From Sulfolobus acidocaldarius DSM 639 (lineage in GTDB: Archaea > Thermoproteota > Thermoprotei_A > Sulfolobales > Sulfolobaceae): a DNA stretch of 32,000 nt. Shown here piece by piece: positions 26,128 through 32,000 of the stretch. The number at the start of each line of letters is the position of its first letter. The first letter of the stretch is position 1. The notes below the pieces were generated by a model that worked only from the letters and a program-made list of their open reading frames with translations, was not told where the DNA came from and made no database searches. The position numbers were made by a program, and so were the translations under genes. The stretch is from NCBI RefSeq assembly GCF_000012285.1, contig NC_007181.1, positions 90,001 through 122,000 of the forward strand, read 5' to 3'.

Positions 26128-27948
26128 TTAACTCGCCTTTGACAAATCATAATGTCCTAATGGTGGAGGAACAGGTACTCGTATTTTAATTTTACCCTCC
26201 CTTAACCAGGGGGATATTAGGTAAGCCACTCCATTTTTTTCCCAACTCAATATTTTAGCTTCTATCTTCGACAAGCCTAAGGATTCTGCTACCTCTGGCT
26301 TTATTCTGAAAATGATCTTCGTATTTGCCAACTGTACTATTATATCTGATAGATCAGTTGGGTTATGGGTAGAGAATATAAAGCCAATTTTTCTTCTCCT
26401 ACCTAGCCTCATCATAGATGATATCTTTCCTGCCACTTTTCTAACATAGTTTGCGTCCTCTTCAGAACCTTTACCAGAGGGGAAGAATTTATGAGCCTCG
26501 TCGATTATCAATACAAGCCTTTCCTTTAACGAGCCTATTTTCATCTGAGCCTCCCTTATTTCAAATATTTTATCAAGAAAATAATAAGTTACAATTTTCT
26601 GAGCGAAGTCATCTAATTCGCTATTATAAAGATCTAGAATTAACAACTTTCTATCAGATGTCAGTAGTCTTCCTAAAGGTTCTCTCTTTACGCCCACGTC
26701 AAATAGACCTGTCGATCTGAGCAAATATAATCCTCTTAATATATTCTCCTTAGTGCTTTTGTGAATACTCAAATTATCCAAGTCATAATCCTCAAGAGAT
26801 TCAGTGAGGCTAGCTAGAGAATTGTAGTCTTTTCCTTTTCTCTTCAATAGAATCTTAAGAAATTGGGTAGCCTGCTCAGAGAAATAAGGATTTAGTCTAG
26901 GTAAAACTTTCTTTATCTCATCAAACTTAAAATAAAATGGAAATATTTCGACCTCAGATTTCCACTCACTGTTTGAGACTACTATTCTTCCCTCAGATAC
27001 ACTGTGGTAAAATTTGTATCCTTTTTTGGACAGGTAGTTTATCATTGGATATACGTAAAGTTTGAAATATGCATTTGTTATTGATAAAAGATCCTTGTTT
27101 CCGTTAGTGTATTTCCTGATCCACTTTCTTGATAGAGGGTAAATTATACTTAGATTTAATCCTGACAACTTAGGGTAAAGAGACTCGAAAAGGGCTAAAC
27201 TTTGACTTACGTTCTTGTCCGTTTTATCAGGCGGTAAAAAAACGTGATAATAGTCTCCTGTTGCATCAAAAACAAACACCTTAGTAAGCTCTGCTATTGA
27301 GTAAATACCTGCAATTACGTCTTTTACAAATGATGTTTTTCCTGCTCCAGTTGTCCCCAATATCAGTGTATGGTAGTTTAGGTCATCTAGGCTGATGCTC
27401 ACTTTTATATTGCCTACGTGATTATCTAAGTAGCCTAATCTCAAAAGACCTCTATTGGTATCTAGCGACCTCTCTATTACCTCTGCTCTAGGTAAAATAA
27501 CTGGTGATTGTGGCTCAACAACTAGGTCAGCTGACTCTGGCTCTGTAGACTCCAGAAAATTTACTTTAGTGAGCGGTTCACATTTAATTACCACGTTAGA
27601 TATTAGGGAGCCTGGTTCCTCTTCCCCTATTTCATTACTTGATATTATTGGCGAATCTGGATATAGTAATGACGACACGTCACTTCTCTCATATCCTATG
27701 ACTCTTAGCAGAACAAAGTACAAAGTCTTTATGTCAATAGCTCCCAATAAAACCCCGATCTTTCCCAAAAAAGGGTACTTATAATAAGTCACAGGATCAA
27801 TAACTACATTAACCTGCGTGTTGTTTTCATCAACCTTACTCGGAATTCCACGTGATACTCTTCCTATAATATCACCTAACGTGATAGCCAATGCCTTGGC
27901 TTTCTCTATCTGGTCTTTAATCTTCATCGAAAAATCTTCAGACAACAT
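26128..27948 (-). CDS. HerA/FtsK-superfamily ATPase (DUF87-type), enlarged paralog
   Basis: Walker A LILGTTGAGKTSF and Walker B LVLIIDEAHKFF. C-terminal GRRRKIGFIFSTHNPTDL...ANTKIIFRI is typical of HerA. The N-terminal ~190 aa is beta-rich, consistent with a HAS barrel. I prefer the ATG at 27948, which is preceded by GAGGTG-cttg, over the longer ORF start at 27990. Confidence 0.8.
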   Translation of the reverse strand: MLSEDFSMKIKDQIEKAKALAITLGDIIGRVSRGIPSKVDENNTQVNVVIDPVTYYKYPFLGKIGVLLGAIDIKTLYFVLLRVIGYERSDVSSLLYPDSPIISSNEIGEEEPGSLISNVVIKCEPLTKVNFLESTEPESADLVVEPQSPVILPRAEVIERSLDTNRGLLRLGYLDNHVGNIKVSISLDDLNYHTLILGTTGAGKTSFVKDVIAGIYSIAELTKVFVFDATGDYYHVFLPPDKTDKNVSQSLALFESLYPKLSGLNLSIIYPLSRKWIRKYTNGNKDLLSITNAYFKLYVYPMINYLSKKGYKFYHSVSEGRIVVSNSEWKSEVEIFPFYFKFDEIKKVLPRLNPYFSEQATQFLKILLKRKGKDYNSLASLTESLEDYDLDNLSIHKSTKENILRGLYLLRSTGLFDVGVKREPLGRLLTSDRKLLILDLYNSELDDFAQKIVTYYFLDKIFEIREAQMKIGSLKERLVLIIDEAHKFFPSGKGSEEDANYVRKVAGKISSMMRLGRRRKIGFIFSTHNPTDLSDIIVQLANTKIIFRIKPEVAESLGLSKIEAKILSWEKNGVAYLISPWLREGKIKIRVPVPPPLGHYDLSKAS

Positions 27949-29026
27949 CAAGCACCTCAAATTTGTTTCTGAAACTCTCCTGGACCCCAATTCTATCTAG
28001 CGAGAACATAATAAATCTCAGTATGCCTGACGACAATTCTTTTGCAGTCTTGTCTGCTACGGCTAAAGCCAAAGGTATTCCTTCAGTTGTGAATTTCAAG
28101 GAAGATAATCTATCTACAGCGTTTTTGCCTATTGATTCTATCCTGAGAATAGAGAATTTTGGTACGTATTTATGAATAGGATAAATCATGTAATTTACAA
28201 ATACTTTAACCCTTTCATTCACATCTTTAACAAGGGGTCCAATACATAACGTGGGATATGGTGGATTATAATTAAATCTAACAAACTGATACAAGTAAGC
28301 CTCATCTGATAAAAACCCACGAGGGTCCACCTTATATTTTGCTGTTAGTTCCTTATTACTAGATAAGGTTCTTATTAACAGGTCTGACTTGTCTATCCTT
28401 TTAACTACTCCAATAAAATTTTGATCTAAAATTGAAAGACGTTCATTTATGATTTTAGTTTTGACCCTCTCAGGGAGGTATACATAGGAGGGGAATAATG
28501 GTCCATCAACTAAGACTAAACCCTTATTTTTTAATACTTTCAAAGCTTCAGTTTCTAATATAGCTCTTAACTCAGTTTCTATTCTTTCAGGTTCTATTGT
28601 AGATTGGAAAGGTGTACCATCTAGCGAAAATGTCATAATGTACTTTGATGAATATAAGTACGGATTTATTGTTCCTTTAGAGTTCGATGAAGGGGCTAAG
28701 GCTATAAAGGGCTTCTGAATTTCTAATCCTTTTAAACCAAACAAACCTGGATAAACTCCGTACACAGGCTTGTTAGAAGAAGACACTGCAACTGTGGATA
28801 TACTTATTGTTCCACCGGCGGAAAAAATACTTCTACTACTACCATCTATTGCATAAACTTCCATATTTAGTCTGGTTGGAATTACCTCTTTTACGATATC
28901 GTTGGTAATTAGTGAGGCATCGCTTTCTTTAAAATCTCCCCTAGGAACATAAATATTGAAGTATTCTCTTATATATCTTTGTATTACTTCATTCAGTATT
29001 ACAGCAAGTTCATTGGTATTACTCAT
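27938..29026 (-). CDS. NurA-domain-like nuclease
   Basis: 362 aa. YAIDGSS and LVLVDGPLFP acidic motifs and a later IGVVKRIDKS block, in the order expected for NurA-domain proteins. The stop overlaps the ATPase start by 11 nt. Confidence 0.6.
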   Translation of the reverse strand: MSNTNELAVILNEVIQRYIREYFNIYVPRGDFKESDASLITNDIVKEVIPTRLNMEVYAIDGSSRSIFSAGGTISISTVAVSSSNKPVYGVYPGLFGLKGLEIQKPFIALAPSSNSKGTINPYLYSSKYIMTFSLDGTPFQSTIEPERIETELRAILETEALKVLKNKGLVLVDGPLFPSYVYLPERVKTKIINERLSILDQNFIGVVKRIDKSDLLIRTLSSNKELTAKYKVDPRGFLSDEAYLYQFVRFNYNPPYPTLCIGPLVKDVNERVKVFVNYMIYPIHKYVPKFSILRIESIGKNAVDRLSSLKFTTEGIPLALAVADKTAKELSSGILRFIMFSLDRIGVQESFRNKFEVLDVV

Positions 29027-29052
29027 TCTTTGTTATAATTTTATTAATGTAA

Positions 29053-29060
29053 TATTTAAA
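29053..29060 (-). promoter_or_regulatory. TATA box (TTTAAATA on minus strand) for the NurA-like/HerA-like operon
   Basis: Centred about 30 nt upstream of the ATG at 29026. No SD motif precedes this first gene, consistent with a leaderless or near-leaderless transcript. Confidence 0.4.
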
Positions 29061-29092
29061 TATGGCGTAATACCAATTAGTATTACCATATC

Positions 29093-30424
29093 CTAATCGT
29101 CCTTCATTAACCGTCTTATAGCTACGATAACAGGATCCCACACTCTATTTATTGCTGGTAAATAGCCCATCTCGGTGAAAAACACGTCATCAATTGTGAA
29201 GCCCTTGTATAACATTCCTGCTAGCATATTTATTCTGCCTAAAACTTCCTCTACTCCAATTATCTGCCCGCCTAATATCTTTCTACTTTCTTCATCTGCA
29301 ATAATTTTAACATATATATCACCTCCTCCTGGATAATATCTTGCCCTCGTTTTACTGTTAATTGAAGCTGATATGACATGGAAACCGTGTTTTCTAGCTT
29401 CTTCCTCGTTTAAGCCAACCCTAGCTATGTAATAGTCCTTATATTTAGTGACTTGAGTGTTAACTGTACCGGGGAATGTCATCTCCTTCCCTCCTATGTT
29501 ACTTCCAGCCACGTAACCCATTTTATTGGCAACTGGCGCAAAGGGTACCCACTGGGGTCTCCCCGTAAGTAGGTTTACAACTTCCGTGTTGTCTCCAGCA
29601 GAGTAGACATCTTTTAGAGTGGTTCTCATATGTCTATCAACTTTTATTGCACCTGTATCTCCTAACGTTAACTTACCTTTAACAAGGTCAACATTAGGCT
29701 CAACACCTATTGCGACTACTGTCCCGTCTACCTCATAATTTCCCTTGTCTGTAACTACTAACCTTCCCCCTCTCTTTATTACCTCCAACCTTTCATTAAG
29801 CTTAACCTCTGCATCCTTCATCACAATACTCGTGATAATCTTGCCTAACTCATTATCTAAACTCCTATTGAGAAGATAGTCTCCCTTATGTATCAGTACG
29901 ACCTTCTTTCCTCTTTCAACTAATGCTTCAACCATTTCAAGTCCTAGTATACCTCCACCTATGATGGCTACAGTATTTAATGACCATAGTTGCTTTCTTA
30001 ATTCTAGGGCGTCTGCTGGATGGTGAACATAAAACACTCTCTCATTGCCTTCAGTCTCTACTTTTTTAGGCTTAGCTCCTGTACTTAAGAGTAAGTAATC
30101 ATACTCTCTCTTTATTTTTTCTTTATTGGCAGTTTCTCCATAAATAGTTCTTCCTGAGAAGTCAATTTCAGTTATTCTTATACCTGTTTTAACGTCTATT
30201 TTCCTCTTTTCTTTGAAGAACTCAGGCGTGTATGTCATGAATAAACTTTCATCATCAAAAAGTCCCTCGATAAAATAAGGTATTCCACAGGGCGCATGGC
30301 TTACGAATTTCGTTGACTCGAATACCTCAATATCCATCTCTGGTTTTAGTCTTCTAACTTTAGAAGATGCACTCATTCCTGCTGCTCCACCACCTACTAC
30401 AACTAACTTCTCCATTACAGTCAC
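29093..30424 (-). CDS. CoA-disulfide reductase / NADH oxidase-family flavoprotein
   Basis: FAD motif VVVGGGAAG and the single redox-active Cys context VSHAPCGIPYF. Second Rossmann motif IIGGGILGLE and SAGD near the C-terminal part. Confidence 0.85.
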   Translation of the reverse strand: MTVMEKLVVVGGGAAGMSASSKVRRLKPEMDIEVFESTKFVSHAPCGIPYFIEGLFDDESLFMTYTPEFFKEKRKIDVKTGIRITEIDFSGRTIYGETANKEKIKREYDYLLLSTGAKPKKVETEGNERVFYVHHPADALELRKQLWSLNTVAIIGGGILGLEMVEALVERGKKVVLIHKGDYLLNRSLDNELGKIITSIVMKDAEVKLNERLEVIKRGGRLVVTDKGNYEVDGTVVAIGVEPNVDLVKGKLTLGDTGAIKVDRHMRTTLKDVYSAGDNTEVVNLLTGRPQWVPFAPVANKMGYVAGSNIGGKEMTFPGTVNTQVTKYKDYYIARVGLNEEEARKHGFHVISASINSKTRARYYPGGGDIYVKIIADEESRKILGGQIIGVEEVLGRINMLAGMLYKGFTIDDVFFTEMGYLPAINRVWDPVIVAIRRLMKDD

Positions 30425-30773
30425 CTTATTTTTAATATTTCTAAATCAAAGTTAATAAACTATACATACGTAGATTTTTGGATATATTAATATTTAACTA
30501 CTTATATAATAACTAATAATTAACTTTTATGTTAATTATGAAGATTACGTTTCGTGTATGTTCTTTTCTGACGCAATAAATAGATCAGTAACACCATCCA
30601 TGAGACCCATCTTATAATATGAGGAAAGCCTCGCCATTTAAGGTGAGGAGGAAGCCAGATTCCTAGGAAGAAATTTATAATTTTCAGCAGTAGCCATCTT
30701 TAACACTTGCCTTTTCATCTAATTTATGCAATAGGTAACTCATTTATAGTAAATTTACCAAGAGATACTTGTT

Positions 30774-31208
30774 ATGGAGAAAACAGGTTTTGAAAATTTA
30801 ACGAAGAAATTGGATGAGATAAGCGAGGCAGGTCTTAGTTTTAATGAAGCTGAGTTAATAAGATTCCTTAGATCTGAGGTTAAGAAGCAGAAGGGTTTGT
30901 TAGATTCCTTTAACGAGGCATTAGATTCCCAGAGATGGGAAGAAGCTCTATCGTCGTTTTTGTTGTTTACGCAGAGAGTTAATGTGGTATTCATTTATCT
31001 GTTTCAGCCTACCCACATCTCGTTATTAACAGGAAGTAAAATATCCTCATTACTTGAGGAGTATCTCTCAGCAACATCACTTTCAATATCTATGTCCCTT
31101 CTGAAATTAAGACCACATCTCAAGAAAATTGGAGTTGAAAGCATAACGACCTCAATTTTGTCAAACCCACCATCTCTTAACTTCAGTATGGTGATAAAGG
31201 GTGAGTAA
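30774..31208 (+). CDS. Hypothetical protein (coding strand and extent uncertain)
   Basis: The first ~70 codons look like a genuine helical protein (MEKTGFENLTKKLDEISEAGLSFNEAELIRFLRSEVKKQKG...). The last ~70 are S/L-rich and overlap a better-looking antisense ORF. The 3' end carries the SD for the downstream PGI/PMI gene. Confidence 0.35.
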   Translation: MEKTGFENLTKKLDEISEAGLSFNEAELIRFLRSEVKKQKGLLDSFNEALDSQRWEEALSSFLLFTQRVNVVFIYLFQPTHISLLTGSKISSLLEEYLSATSLSISMSLLKLRPHLKKIGVESITTSILSNPPSLNFSMVIKGE

Positions 31209-32000
31209 TGTTTACGAGAGGTGGAAAGAGTTTTATGAAGACGCAATTTCCCGTGATATACCCGGCGTTAAAACCGCTGAAAAAATAGCTTATTTTGGTA
31301 TTGGCGGAAGCGGAATACCAGGTGAAGTCCTAAAACTCCTAGACTTACCTGTGGAGTATAAGCTGTTCAGGAGTTACAAGGTAAACGTTGATTCAAAAAC
31401 TACAGTTGTAGCGGTAAGTTATTCTGGTAACACTGCAGAGACACTTGCTGGGGTAAAGAGGGCTCAAGAATTAGGTGTAAAGGAGATAATAGTCATTACC
31501 TCTGGAGGTAAACTTAAGGAGATAGCTGAAAGTAAAGGATATCCTTTATTAAGCTTACCCCAAGGCTATCAGACACGATTTATTTTTCCGTATATTTTCA
31601 CATATCTTGTTAGAATCCTTAACCAGAGTACAGGATCTAACTATAGAGTACAAGATTTAGTTGATGGAATACAGGACAATTTCACCATGTTGTCAGAGGT
31701 AAGTACACGAATAGCCAATAGGATCACTGGAAAGGTTCCTATATTTTATGCTTCAGATTTACTCCCTATTGCTGAAAGATTTAAACAGGAAGTAAATGAG
31801 AATGCTAAGTATCCAGCCTTTTTCTCTCAGTTACCTGAGGCTAACCATAACGAGATAGAACTTTACTCGTCACAACAGGGAAATCAGTTTATACCAATTG
31901 TTATTCCCTCTGATAAGATAGACGAGGCTACAGCTTCTCTAATAAATGCAGAGTTAATTTATCCACCTTATAAGAGTATACTGAAGAACATATCCGGCAT
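31201..32000 (+). CDS. pgi: Bifunctional phosphoglucose/phosphomannose isomerase (SIS domain), 3' end cut by window edge
   Basis: Not in the supplied ORF track, because there is no stop before the window end. My translation from GTG 31201 reads VSNVYERWKEFYEDAISRDIPGVKTAEKIAYFGIGGSGIPGEVLK...VAVSYSGNTAETLAG...ERFKQEVNENAKYPAFFSQLPEANHNEIE, matching the crenarchaeal PGI/PMI family. GGTGA lies at 31190-31194, 6 nt upstream of the start. Confidence 0.85.
   Translation, partial: MSNVYERWKEFYEDAISRDIPGVKTAEKIAYFGIGGSGIPGEVLKLLDLPVEYKLFRSYKVNVDSKTTVVAVSYSGNTAETLAGVKRAQELGVKEIIVITSGGKLKEIAESKGYPLLSLPQGYQTRFIFPYIFTYLVRILNQSTGSNYRVQDLVDGIQDNFTMLSEVSTRIANRITGKVPIFYASDLLPIAERFKQEVNENAKYPAFFSQLPEANHNEIELYSSQQGNQFIPIVIPSDKIDEATASLINAELIYPPYKSILKNISG

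Noticed and set aside
27949-27990. 14-codon N-terminal extension of the HerA-like ORF
   Set aside because: It would overlap the NurA-like gene by 53 nt. The internal ATG at 27948 has a GAGGTG SD at ideal spacing.
26451-28175. ORFs 26451-26720, 27455-27784, 27818-28000 and 27963-28175 on the plus strand
   Set aside because: Antisense to the HerA-like and NurA-like genes. S/L/I-rich with no motifs.

Overview
AT-rich archaeal chromosomal segment, almost certainly from a member of the Sulfolobales. This is an inference from several signals: a PibD-type prepilin peptidase with Asp at positions 23 and 80, a crenarchaeal bifunctional PGI/PMI, and GGTGA/GAGGTG Shine-Dalgarno motifs only in front of operon-internal genes. 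Further signals are TTTAAATA-type TATA boxes about 25-30 nt upstream of apparently leaderless first genes, many GTG/TTG starts, and a textbook archaeal C/D box sRNA. I can support about 31 protein-coding genes, densely packed on both strands. Most are housekeeping: fumC, thiC, xth, tmcA, pibD, PGI/PMI, Nudix, aldo/keto reductase, two flavoprotein disulfide reductases, transporters. I found no rRNA, tRNA, CRISPR array, IS element or integrase. One real gene is missing from the supplied ORF track because it runs off the 3' edge (PGI/PMI, 31201..32000). The best candidate for an undescribed system is a tightly coupled minus-strand module at 25735..29026. It comprises a NurA-like nuclease, an enlarged HerA/FtsK-type ATPase and an unknown 130-aa protein, with no Mre11/Rad50 nearby. 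Other points worth a second look: an unannotated C/D box sRNA (7318..7380) wedged between an MMPL transporter gene and tmcA; a hyaluronan-synthase/NodC-like processive GT2 next to a sequon-rich MMPL transporter; an ArsB/NhaD-type permease split at an A8 homopolymer; a DUF1641-type protein with an internal duplication that keeps a 62-nt perfect DNA repeat; a P-loop-less SelB-like protein; and a roughly 60% G+C hairpin island in front of pibD. All motif positions, counts and percentages were read by hand and need computational confirmation.
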